Of a stretch of 23,440 bases of DNA, positions 8,030-16,226 are shown piece after piece. Each line of letters opens with the position of its first letter. Positions within the stretch are counted from its first letter, which is position 1. Origin of the DNA: a virus; UHGV virus genome UHGV-0099579, one strand, 5' to 3'. The position numbers were made by a program, and so were the translations under genes. The notes beneath the pieces were generated by a model, which was given only the letters and a program-made list of their open reading frames with translations, was not told the DNA's origin and searched no databases.

Positions 8030-8779
8030 TTAACCGGCGGTTTTTACCGCCTTTGGTGGACGCCCGCGCTTTGCCGCCGGTTTGTTGGCAGGTTTGCGCG
8101 TGCGCGGTTTAGTCGTTTTACGGGATGCTGCCTCTGGCTTTGGCTTCAATGCGCGCTCCAGTCGCTCAATCTCTTTGCGCACACCGGCATTGCGGTCGAG
8201 CTGCATCGCGCGCTGAAACTGTGCCAGTGCTTCGGCGCTCTGACCGGCATCGCGCAGGGTTAGACCGGTCACCTTATGCAGTCGAGCGCGCACCATATCG
8301 GGAACGTCAGCGCCGTCGGTCAGGCTAAGGGTGGTCAGCAGTAATGCGAGGTCGACAGGCTCACCGGCATCGCGCAGGCGCAGCGCGGCAAGCGCCACCT
8401 CCTCAACCAGCATGTAAGGTGTCGTGCGGCGATAGTCAGAGGTGAGGCCGTACTTCAGCGCGTATGGCGCAACTTCCAGCGCGCCAGCGATATCACCGGC
8501 ATCGAGACGCCACAGCATGACTGTCATCAGAATGTCATCCTGCGCACCACGGCCATCAGCCAGCACACCGGCGACCCACGGCGCATAGAACGGCAGCAGC
8601 TCACGCTTTTTCGCGGCTTTCAGTTCGTTTGAACGGATGGTTTTCAACGTGCGGCGGTCATCGGCCAGCTTTACCAGCATCTGCTCGTAGGCGGTTGCAT
8701 GGCGCAGCGGGGCTTGTTCCCGCTGCGCGGCTTGAGAGGCCGAGACCCGCATCATGTGACGCTGTGCGGGGCTCGTCAT
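8030..8779 (-). CDS. Terminase endonuclease/small subunit (P2 gpM-like), 249 aa
   Basis: Translation from the internal ATG at 8779 (GGAG RBS, 4 nt after the capsid gene stop) gives MTSPAQRHMMRVSASQAAQREQAP...; basic Lys/Arg-rich C-terminal tail; position after the capsid gene. Confidence 0.9.
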   Translation of the reverse strand: MTSPAQRHMMRVSASQAAQREQAPLRHATAYEQMLVKLADDRRTLKTIRSNELKAAKKRELLPFYAPWVAGVLADGRGAQDDILMTVMLWRLDAGDIAGALEVAPYALKYGLTSDYRRTTPYMLVEEVALAALRLRDAGEPVDLALLLTTLSLTDGADVPDMVRARLHKVTGLTLRDAGQSAEALAQFQRAMQLDRNAGVRKEIERLERALKPKPEAASRKTTKPRTRKPANKPAAKRGRPPKAVKTAG

Positions 8780-8783
8780 GGGC

Positions 8784-9851
8784 TTACTCTCCGCTTTCCG
8801 GTGCTGCAGGTGCGGTGAAATCGCCCAGGGTGATGTTTTCCAGCAGACACCCGGCGGCATACGCCTCGACCACATAGTCGATATTCATTGACTCGTAGTT
8901 TTCCACGCGGTCTTTTTTCGGGTTTTCATCAATGCTGCGGCGGTGGCTCTCATCCATGAAATAGATAGAGAGATTTTCCAGCGTTGTCACTAACACGGCA
9001 TTCGCCGGGAAGTACGGCACACGCACAGCAGGCAGGTTGCCGATTCGCTTCTGGCTGATGATGATATCTGCCGCGAGCGCTTCGCTGTTTTCTTGCGGCT
9101 TGTTCACCAGCGGGAAATATTTGTCGGCCAGCAGCTTACGGCCAACGATGGCAACGAGTTTCGGGTCATCCTGATAAACCTCGTCAATCAGGTTGTTGGT
9201 AGCATCCATCACCAGCGCGTCGAGGTTCTCATAGTCGCCGTTTTTACCGACGCGAATCACTGCCGAAACGACCTTACCGTCAGCATCGGTGATATTGCTC
9301 ATCACACGCGTCGGGGCTTCGTTGCGGTATTTCTGCAGCCAGCCGACGGCTACATCCTGCAGCATCGGATTTTTGGTGCGGTCAGAGGTGGCGGCGCGGG
9401 TGGTACCGTTAAAACCGGCCATGATGAAATCGAGCGCCTGACGCTTAACAATGGCGTCACGGATGCGGCGCTGAAAGTCCTGAAAACGCGCCCACAGGTC
9501 GAGGGTTTTATATTTCAGATGGAAGTCAAAGTTAATCTGGTCGCACTCGTACTTGTTGGACTCAAGCGCGGTGAAGTCTGCGGTCTTACGCTCATCATCG
9601 CCCGAGGTGTCGGTCGTGCTGGCGATAGTACCGGTCACACCGACGCCGATTTTCTCACCCTTCATTTCTGCGACCGGCAGAATGTTAATCGTCTGCAGAA
9701 ACGCGGATGACTCCTGCACTTTGTTCATCAGCGTTTGCGTGACGGACGGCTCGACGGTGAATTTTTTACTGACGTCATCAGTGCTGATGCCGTTCAGCTC
9801 AGCGACGCGGGTCAGATAGGCATTGAACTTAAAACGGGTTTCCGGGCGCAT
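8784..9851 (-). CDS. Major capsid protein (P2 gpN-like), 355 aa
   Basis: ORF translation MRPETRFKFNAYLTRVAELNGI... typical of P2-family major capsid precursor; AGGAAA RBS. Confidence 0.95.
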   Translation of the reverse strand: MRPETRFKFNAYLTRVAELNGISTDDVSKKFTVEPSVTQTLMNKVQESSAFLQTINILPVAEMKGEKIGVGVTGTIASTTDTSGDDERKTADFTALESNKYECDQINFDFHLKYKTLDLWARFQDFQRRIRDAIVKRQALDFIMAGFNGTTRAATSDRTKNPMLQDVAVGWLQKYRNEAPTRVMSNITDADGKVVSAVIRVGKNGDYENLDALVMDATNNLIDEVYQDDPKLVAIVGRKLLADKYFPLVNKPQENSEALAADIIISQKRIGNLPAVRVPYFPANAVLVTTLENLSIYFMDESHRRSIDENPKKDRVENYESMNIDYVVEAYAAGCLLENITLGDFTAPAAPESGE

Positions 9852-9927
9852 AGTATTTCCTGTTTGAATTTATCGGTTAGTCACTGCATCGGGCGGAGTT
9901 ACCGCCCGGTTTCTGGTCTGCGGTTTA

Positions 9928-10782
9928 TCAGCAGTCGGTCAGTAGCTCATCGCCACCACCGCCGCTGGCTTTCGTGCGTCGCGGCTGGCTGAAACTTTCG
10001 GTTTTGTCGAGGGTGGCTTTCAGGGCGGAAAATGCCTGGCTGGTTTCTTCAATCTTGCCCGTCAGTTCCTGTTTAAAGGTGGTAAGTGCGGCCTCCATAG
10101 CGGAAAGACGCTTATCCTGCGCAGTGAGGTTGGTCTGCACATGCTCGCTGACGGTGGTCACCGCTTCATGCACATCATTCAGGCGCGCATCGTCGCTGAC
10201 CTGCTTACGGCTGAAAATGGCTTTCACCTTATCTGCCAGGCTGTTTAGCACCGTATCGGGAACGTCTTCAAATTCCAGTTCGGCCAGCGTGGCAGCGGAA
10301 AAGACGTTTTCAGGGTTGGCCTTAAAGCGCTGCAGAGGGTTGTGCTTCGCGTTGCGGCAGAATTCGAGGTATTCAGTGCCGAGGCTCGCCGGGTCATCGG
10401 TGACAGCAAGGCCGACGAGGTAGCATTTGCCGGTATTGGCAAAATTCGGCTGAATTTCCATTGAGGTGTAGACCTTCTGCAATTTTTTATTCATCGCAAT
10501 CAGGTCGTCGGTTGGGGTGATTCTGGCGAACAACGCCCATTTGCCGTTAAGCGCAGAATCGTCGTCAATTATTTCAGCTTTCAGTTCAACCACATCGCCT
10601 AAGCGTTTGAAGTCGCCATCAGGAAAGAGACCGCGAATATGCTCAAGGTTAATGCGGCAACCGTAGACGCGAGGGTCAAACGATTCGGCCATTTCCTGAA
10701 TATCGTTGCTGCTGATAATGCGGCCGTCGCAGGTGTCACCCTCGACGCCGATGCGAAAGAATTTTGAGACTTTTTTTGCCAT
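9928..10782 (-). CDS. Capsid scaffolding protein (P2 gpO-like), 284 aa
   Basis: ORF translation MAKKVSKFFRIGVEGDTCDGRIISSNDIQEMAESFDPRVYGCRINLEHIRG... typical of gpO; divergent from the terminase gene. Confidence 0.9.
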   Translation of the reverse strand: MAKKVSKFFRIGVEGDTCDGRIISSNDIQEMAESFDPRVYGCRINLEHIRGLFPDGDFKRLGDVVELKAEIIDDDSALNGKWALFARITPTDDLIAMNKKLQKVYTSMEIQPNFANTGKCYLVGLAVTDDPASLGTEYLEFCRNAKHNPLQRFKANPENVFSAATLAELEFEDVPDTVLNSLADKVKAIFSRKQVSDDARLNDVHEAVTTVSEHVQTNLTAQDKRLSAMEAALTTFKQELTGKIEETSQAFSALKATLDKTESFSQPRRTKASGGGGDELLTDC

Positions 10783-10947
10783 TGTCAGGAGTCCTGAGGT
10801 TGAGGTTACTGGTCACCGCCAGTTTCCAGACTCAGGACACGCCAGACCACCAATGACGACTGGACAACCGCCCACACAACAGCACCTTAGCGAATCACTG
10901 ACGGCCATTAAGTAGCCTTGCCCTGAATCCATTACGGCGAGGCATCA

Positions 10948-12717
10948 ATGACCATTTCCACCGATACAACCTTGTTGCATGACCCGCGACGGCAGGCATC
11001 GCTGCTTTACTGGCAGGGCTTTTCCGTGCCACAGATTGCCGAAATGCTGCAGGTCAAGCGCCCGACCGTGCAGAGCTGGAAGCAGCGCGACGGCTGGGAC
11101 GGCATCGCGCCGATTTCCCGCGTTGAAAGCAGCCTTGAGGCTAGGCTGATTCAGCTCATCGCCAAGCCGCAAAAGACAGGGGGGGATTTCAAAGAGATTG
11201 ACCTGCTCGGACGGCAGATTGAACGGTTGGCGCGAGTCAACCGCTACAGCCAGACCGGCAACGAAGCCGACCTTAACCCCAACGTTGCCAACCGCAACAA
11301 AGGGGAGCGCAAAAAGCCGAAAAAGAATTTTTTCAGCGACGAGGCTATCGATAAACTAGAGGAATTATTTTTCGACCAGTCTTTCGAGTACCAGTTGCAG
11401 TGGTACCGCGCAGGACTGGAGCACCGTATTCGTGACATTCTCAAATCCCGCCAGATTGGCGCGACATTCTATTTCTCCCGCGAGGCACTGCTGCGCGCAC
11501 TCAAAACCGGCCATAACCAGATATTTTTATCAGCCAGTAAAACGCAGGCTTACGTGTTCCGCGAATACATCATCCAGTTTGCGCGACTGGTCGACGTTGA
11601 CCTGACTGGCGACCCGATTGTCATCGGTAACAACGGCGCAAAACTGATTTTTCTCGGTACCAATTCCAACACCGCGCAGAGCCATAACGGCGATCTGTAT
11701 GTCGATGAAATATTCTGGATCCCGAATTTTCAGAAACTGCGCAAAGTCGCCTCGGGCATGGCCTCGCAAAAGCACCTGCGCTCGACCTATTTTTCGACAC
11801 CTTCCACGCTGGCGCACGGCGCTTACCCCTTCTGGTCTGGCGAGCTGTTCAACAAGGGGCGCAGCCGGATTGCCGACCGCATCGAAATCGACATCAGTCA
11901 CAGCGCGCTCGCCACTGGCCAGCTCTGCGACGATGGCCAGTGGCGGCAGATTGTCACCATTGAGGACGCCCTTGCGGGTGGCTGCACCCTGTTCGACCTC
12001 GACCAGCTCAAACGCGAAAACAGTGATGAGGACTTTAAGAACCTGTTTATGTGCGAGTTTGTCGACGATAAAGCGTCGGTATTCCCGTTCGAGGAGCTGC
12101 AGCGCTGCATGGTCGATGTGATGGAGAAATGGGAGGACTTTGCCCCGTTCGCCGACCATCCGTTCGGCTCTCGTCCTGTCTGGATTGGCTACGACCCGTC
12201 ACACACCGGCGACAGTGCCGGGTGCGTCGTGCTCGCGCCGCCGGTGGTCTCTGGTGGCAAGTTCCGCATGCTGGAGCGCCACCAGTGGAAGGGCATGGAT
12301 TTTGCAGCACAGGCAGAGGGCATCCGCAAGCTGACCGAGAAATACAACGTCGAATACATCGGCATTGACGCAACCGGCCTCGGTCTCGGCGTGTTCCAGC
12401 TGGTGCGCTCATTTTACCCGGCGGCACGCGGCATCCGTTACACACCTGAAATGAAAACCGCAATGGTACTCAAGGCGAAAGACACCATTCGCCGTGGCTG
12501 TCTGGAGTACGACGCCGGAGCAACCGACGTCACGCAGTCGTTTATGTCCATCCGCAAAACTATGACCAGCAGCGGGCGCAGCGCCACCTATGAGGCCAGC
12601 CGCACCGAGGAAGCCAGCCACGCCGATATCGCATGGGCGACCATGCACGCCCTGTTAAACGAACCGCTTTCTGCTGGTAGCGGCATGCAGCCTAAATCTA
12701 TTCTGGAGTTCAACTAA
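10948..12717 (+). CDS. Terminase large (ATPase) subunit (P2 gpP-like), 589 aa
   Basis: ORF translation; GAGG RBS 8 nt upstream of the ATG; divergent arrangement with O as in P2/186. Confidence 0.95.
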   Translation: MTISTDTTLLHDPRRQASLLYWQGFSVPQIAEMLQVKRPTVQSWKQRDGWDGIAPISRVESSLEARLIQLIAKPQKTGGDFKEIDLLGRQIERLARVNRYSQTGNEADLNPNVANRNKGERKKPKKNFFSDEAIDKLEELFFDQSFEYQLQWYRAGLEHRIRDILKSRQIGATFYFSREALLRALKTGHNQIFLSASKTQAYVFREYIIQFARLVDVDLTGDPIVIGNNGAKLIFLGTNSNTAQSHNGDLYVDEIFWIPNFQKLRKVASGMASQKHLRSTYFSTPSTLAHGAYPFWSGELFNKGRSRIADRIEIDISHSALATGQLCDDGQWRQIVTIEDALAGGCTLFDLDQLKRENSDEDFKNLFMCEFVDDKASVFPFEELQRCMVDVMEKWEDFAPFADHPFGSRPVWIGYDPSHTGDSAGCVVLAPPVVSGGKFRMLERHQWKGMDFAAQAEGIRKLTEKYNVEYIGIDATGLGLGVFQLVRSFYPAARGIRYTPEMKTAMVLKAKDTIRRGCLEYDAGATDVTQSFMSIRKTMTSSGRSATYEASRTEEASHADIAWATMHALLNEPLSAGSGMQPKSILEFN

Positions 12718-12718
12718 A

Positions 12719-13765
12719 ATGGGTAAACAAAAATCCCGTAAAGCCAACGCACAAAAGGCCAGCAAACCACAACAACTGACCGCCAGTGCACCGCCAAAAA
12801 CGACAGCGTTCACCTTCGGCGAGCCGGTGCCGGTACTCGATAAGCGCGACATTCTGGATTACGTCGAGTGCATCAGTAACGGCAAATGGTACGAGCCGCC
12901 GGTCAGCTTCTCAGGGCTGGCAAAGAGCCTGCGCTCTGCCGTGCATCACAGCTCGCCAATTTATGTTAAGCGTAACGTGCTCGCGAGCACCTACATTCCG
13001 CACCCGTTGTTATCCCGTCAGGATTTCAGCCGCTTTGCGCTCGATTATCTGGTGTTCGGTAACGCCTTTCTTGAGCAGCGCCACAGCGTCACCGGCCAGT
13101 TAATCAAACTGCTGGCCTCGCCAGCCAAATACACCCGACGCGGAGTCGACGATTCGATTTTCTGGTTTGTGGAAAACTTCACCCAGCCGCACGAGTTCGC
13201 GCCTGATACCGTGTTTCACCTGCTGGAGCCCGACATTAATCAGGAGATTTACGGTCTGCCGGAATATCTCAGCGCGCTTAATTCCGCTTGGCTGAATGAA
13301 TCCGCGACGCTGTTCCGCCGCAAGTATTATCAGAACGGCGCGCACGCAGGCTACATCATGTATGTGACTGACCCGGCGCAAAGTGCGACCGACGTCGAAT
13401 CGCTGCGCGAGGCGATGCGTAACTCGAAGGGACTCGGCAACTTTAAGAACCTGTTTTTCTACGCCCCCGGCGGAAAACCGGACGGCATCAAAATCGTGCC
13501 ACTGAGCGAGGTCGCCACAAAGGATGACTTTTTCAACATTAAGAAAGCCAGCGCCGCCGACCTGATGGACGCGCACCGCGTGCCGTTCCAGCTCATGGGC
13601 GGCAAGCCCGAGAATATCGGTTCACTCGGTGACGTTGAGAAGGTGGCAAAGGTCTTTGTCCGCAACGAGCTGTCACCCCTGCAGGACAGGTTCAGGGAGG
13701 TAAACGACTGGCTCGGCATGGAGGTCATCAGGTTCAAAGAGTACACCCTCGACAACCCGGAATAA
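12719..13765 (+). CDS. Portal (capsid portal vertex) protein (P2 gpQ-like), 348 aa
   Basis: ORF translation MGKQKSRKANAQKASKPQQLT...; start 1 nt after the P stop. Confidence 0.95.
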   Translation: MGKQKSRKANAQKASKPQQLTASAPPKTTAFTFGEPVPVLDKRDILDYVECISNGKWYEPPVSFSGLAKSLRSAVHHSSPIYVKRNVLASTYIPHPLLSRQDFSRFALDYLVFGNAFLEQRHSVTGQLIKLLASPAKYTRRGVDDSIFWFVENFTQPHEFAPDTVFHLLEPDINQEIYGLPEYLSALNSAWLNESATLFRRKYYQNGAHAGYIMYVTDPAQSATDVESLREAMRNSKGLGNFKNLFFYAPGGKPDGIKIVPLSEVATKDDFFNIKKASAADLMDAHRVPFQLMGGKPENIGSLGDVEKVAKVFVRNELSPLQDRFREVNDWLGMEVIRFKEYTLDNPE

Positions 13766-13773
13766 CCCCCTCA

Positions 13774-13796
13774 AGCCGCCATAATGGCGGCTTTTA
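13774..13796 (+). terminator. Rho-independent terminator after the portal gene
   Basis: GC-rich hairpin agccgcc-ataat-ggcggct followed by TTT, 9 bp after the Q stop codon. Confidence 0.5.
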
Positions 13797-13812
13797 CATA
13801 CAAAACTTAAAC

Positions 13813-15030
13813 TTAGGCTTTGCTATTTATCATTCTGATATAACTAGGCATGCGAGGATCTGAAATTTTATATACCCCTCTGGCAGCCTTTGTAAGGATC
13901 GCTCCTTTATCAGCCCTAGTAAAACGCCCAATATAGTTACTCATGTGATAGTTACTCAATGAAATTCCCGTATCTTCTCGAATTTGGGTAATCCATTCTT
14001 GAATGGTAAATTTATTATCTTTGAATTTTGCTGCTGCATAAAGTATTGATGGATAAATATCAGTTCTGGATGAAGTAACTGCGTTCTCATAGTCTCTTTT
14101 AAGTTGTCCCTCGGTGTTTATTACAGCTCGCTTCAAAGCTTCAGGAAGAATGTCGGAATTTACTTCGCTTTTACCAGATGATAAAGCTATATCTGCAGAT
14201 TCCTTTCCTATAAGATGTGTAAAATATGGAAAACCATTGCTAATTTCAACTATAGAGTTTTTAACTTCACGACTAAATGTTATACCCAAGCCATGCTCGC
14301 CAGTCTCAATTATTTCATGTAAATATTTATCTTCAATTCGAGAGAGTTGAATTTCATGGAGGCATCTGTTCACAGAAGGATGACCTGCTATCAACGAAGC
14401 ACCGTCACTGGAAATGCCAACTAACAAAATCTTCAAAGGACTATTGGAATCACTAAGTTGTTTAACAAACTCAGCGACATCATGCTTAACTTCATCACTG
14501 ACAACATCAAATTCATCTATTAAAAGTATTGCATTCAATTCTTCAAGCGCAAAACAGGCTTTACTTGGAGTAAGGTCTTCTTTTTCTATCGTGATTTTCT
14601 CTTCGGCAGAAACGTCCGCTCTAAATAATTTCAAAACATTAAGCCCAATACCTGCTTTTTTGGTAGTCTCTCTTTTATTTGCGGCATATTCACTATCAAT
14701 AAATATAGCTGGCCTTGCAATTATATCTTTGAATTTTGTTTTTTTATCACATCGCACTACAAAAATGTTACTAGGTAACACACCTTCATTTTTCCCTCCC
14801 TCTAAAGTTGATAAGGCGAGCGAGCTTTTCCCAATCCCTCTCTCTCCATAAATCATGCAATGCTTACCATCAGTAGTTAAGGTGTCGAGGATATGTTCCA
14901 CCTCGTTATCACGCCCTTTCAAATGGGTAGGTGCCTCAATAGGTTTAGACGGTGTAAAATATAAATCAACATTTTTAATTTTATTTTTTTTGGCTTTAAA
15001 ATTACTGAATATACTGCTGGTAGTTGTCAT
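13813..15030 (-). CDS. AAA+ P-loop ATPase (ORC/Cdc6-like or STAND-like fold suspected) with winged-helix-like C-terminal region, 405 aa; AT-rich cargo gene between portal and cos
   Basis: Walker A GERGIGKSSL and Walker B LLIDEFD are visible, preceded by the ...LKGRDNEVEHILDTL... helix typical of AAA_16/ORC-like NTPases; first ATG at 15030 (the ORF-track start at 15048 is TTG); by eye much more AT-rich than the flanking phage genes; flanked by terminators on both sides. Confidence 0.8.
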   Translation of the reverse strand: MTTTSSIFSNFKAKKNKIKNVDLYFTPSKPIEAPTHLKGRDNEVEHILDTLTTDGKHCMIYGERGIGKSSLALSTLEGGKNEGVLPSNIFVVRCDKKTKFKDIIARPAIFIDSEYAANKRETTKKAGIGLNVLKLFRADVSAEEKITIEKEDLTPSKACFALEELNAILLIDEFDVVSDEVKHDVAEFVKQLSDSNSPLKILLVGISSDGASLIAGHPSVNRCLHEIQLSRIEDKYLHEIIETGEHGLGITFSREVKNSIVEISNGFPYFTHLIGKESADIALSSGKSEVNSDILPEALKRAVINTEGQLKRDYENAVTSSRTDIYPSILYAAAKFKDNKFTIQEWITQIREDTGISLSNYHMSNYIGRFTRADKGAILTKAARGVYKISDPRMPSYIRMINSKA

Positions 15031-15150
15031 TTCCGCATCCCATTGCAAAAAGTTAACTCATTAAAAGAAAAATTTAGAGTAAGTGCAACACCTATTTTCG
15101 GAGCTTGTCACAAGATTTACTACTGAAGTGTAACCGCTTTGGCGCGCAAT

Positions 15151-15169
15151 GCTTTCCCCGCCACGCCTG
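15151..15169. other. cos site (19-nt cohesive-end sequence of P2/186-type phages)
   Basis: Plus strand atgctttccccgccacgcc is the reverse complement of GGCGTGGCGGGGAAAGCAT, which matches my recollection of the phage 186 cohesive end (P2 differs at two positions); located between the portal gene and the replication region as expected. Confidence 0.7.
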
Positions 15170-15327
15170 CCCGCTTTATGGGTCGGTTTTAATGCAGTTG
15201 CATGACAACTCTGGATCCGCGCTAGCTCTGGCGGCGCACGGACAGAACGGGCAAGACTGACGCATGCAAAACCATGCACCTGATGCATGCACGACTAAAA
15301 AACGGGAAGTTCGCGGAAAAATGGCAT

Positions 15328-15360
15328 AAAAAAACCGGCATTCAGGGTGCCGGTTTTAGT
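15328..15360. terminator. Bidirectional rho-independent terminator
   Basis: Perfect 10-bp stem aaaaccggca / tgccggtttt with 7-nt loop, flanked by an A-run on one side and a T-run on the other; ends the minus-strand SOS operon and insulates the ATPase gene. Confidence 0.6.
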
Positions 15361-15375
15361 CTGGTTTTGTCGCGA

Positions 15376-15477
15376 TTAATGGCCGCGCAATGCGCCAATA
15401 ACACTGTTGAGGCACATGCTGGCGACAATCATCAGAAAAATCGTCGTCCACGGATTTTCATAAACGAGAGATAACAT
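15376..15477 (-). CDS. Small hydrophobic peptide, 33 aa (MLSLVYENPWTTIFLMIVASMCLNSVIGALRGH); not in the ORF track because it is below the size cutoff
   Basis: ATG preceded by AAGAGGAA Shine-Dalgarno; single predicted TM-like segment; last ORF before the terminator of the LexA-controlled operon. Could be a chance ORF. Confidence 0.3.
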   Translation of the reverse strand: MLSLVYENPWTTIFLMIVASMCLNSVIGALRGH

Positions 15478-15493
15478 ATTTATATAGTTCCTC

Positions 15494-15688
15494 TTATTTG
15501 CGCATTCTGATGTGATTTAACAGGTGTTTGATAACGACTGATAGCTCATCTTTACCGGCCTGCTCGACCATTTTTGCGGTGTAGCTTTCCACCTCGCGAG
15601 AGCTCAGATCGTTATTTAAAGCCATTAAAGTCAGATTCTTTGCCCAATCGGCAAACGGGTCATTTTTCGATGAAAGGGGATTTTGCAT
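15494..15688 (-). CDS. Hypothetical small protein of the SOS operon, 64 aa from the first ATG
   Basis: ORF-track frame 15494..15778 begins with TTG inside the repeat element; the first ATG is at 15688 (MQNPLSSKNDPFADWAKNL...). Confidence 0.4.
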   Translation of the reverse strand: MQNPLSSKNDPFADWAKNLTLMALNNDLSSREVESYTAKMVEQAGKDELSVVIKHLLNHIRMRK

Positions 15689-15752
15689 GTCCAAAAACCT
15701 CGAATTATTTAACCAGCAGACGGTTGAAGTATTTGCGACGCTATGACCGGCT

Positions 15753-15819
15753 AACGCCTCGCGTAGCTCGTTGTTCAACCCCGCCAGACCTGAAATCGAG
15801 TTTCAGCTCCGGCGGCGTT
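15753..15819. repeat. Copy 1 of a ~67-bp intercistronic stem-loop repeat
   Basis: About 80% identical to 16158..16224, with shared cores gttgttcaaccccgccag, ctgaaa, agtttcagc and ccggcggcgtt; contains an imperfect palindrome (outer CCGCC/GGCGG, inner TGAAA/TTTCA). Confidence 0.6.
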
Positions 15820-15821
15820 AT

Positions 15822-16031
15822 CTATGGTCGACGTGGTGGCGGTGAGTAATGTGTCGGCTTGCTGATGCTATCCAGCGTGCCGTAATTATCCCTGACTATT
15901 TCGGCACACCCGACCAGCTCGGCGGGTGTCAAATTCTCATTGACCATTATCTGCTGCAGACGATGAACGATGGCCATCAGTTTGATGCTTTTAGTTTTGT
16001 GCTGCGGAATTTCGCCCGGTAGTCGATGCAT
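15822..16031 (-). CDS. Hypothetical small protein of the SOS operon, 69 aa
   Basis: ATG at 16031 preceded by GAGGG RBS; no recognisable motifs. Confidence 0.45.
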   Translation of the reverse strand: MHRLPGEIPQHKTKSIKLMAIVHRLQQIMVNENLTPAELVGCAEIVRDNYGTLDSISKPTHYSPPPRRP

Positions 16032-16157
16032 ATTATCGCCCTCAATGAATTTTATTTAGTGCTGCCACAGCGCCACTATAAAACCCGCTAAGGTAACGTC
16101 CCATTCATCACTGGTGTGTAACCAATAAAACATCGAGAAACTTTGAGAGGAAGAACT

Positions 16158-16224
16158 AGCGCCTCGCGGTGCGAGTTGTTCAACCCCGCCAGCACTGAAA
16201 GCAAGTTTCAGCACCGGCGGCGTT
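16158..16224. repeat. Copy 2 of the ~67-bp intercistronic stem-loop repeat
   Basis: See copy 1; begins 3 bp after the stop codon of the DinI-like gene. Confidence 0.6.
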
Positions 16225-16226
16225 TG

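Noticed and set aside
10783-10947. Clean TGT-N12-ACA late-activator boxes in the divergent O/P promoter region
   Set aside because: I searched the intergenic sequence by eye and found no exact TGT-N12-ACA dyad, so no specific site is called, although late promoters must exist here.
7616-12463. Numerous ORFs antisense to the L, M, N, O and P genes (for example 7616..8263, 9093..9710, 9974..10423, 11530..12159, 12047..12463)
   Set aside because: Chance ORFs on the non-coding strand of highly conserved head and terminase genes.
14114-15064. Plus-strand ORFs (14114..14350, 14414..14851, 14855..15064) inside the ATPase cargo gene
   Set aside because: Antisense to a gene with intact Walker motifs; Ser/Leu-rich low-complexity translations.
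15061-15474. ORFs 15061..15288 (minus) and 15274..15474 (plus) as protein-coding genes
   Set aside because: The first spans the cos site and the second runs through the strong bidirectional terminator hairpin; no RBS; this region is better explained as packaging and termination signals.
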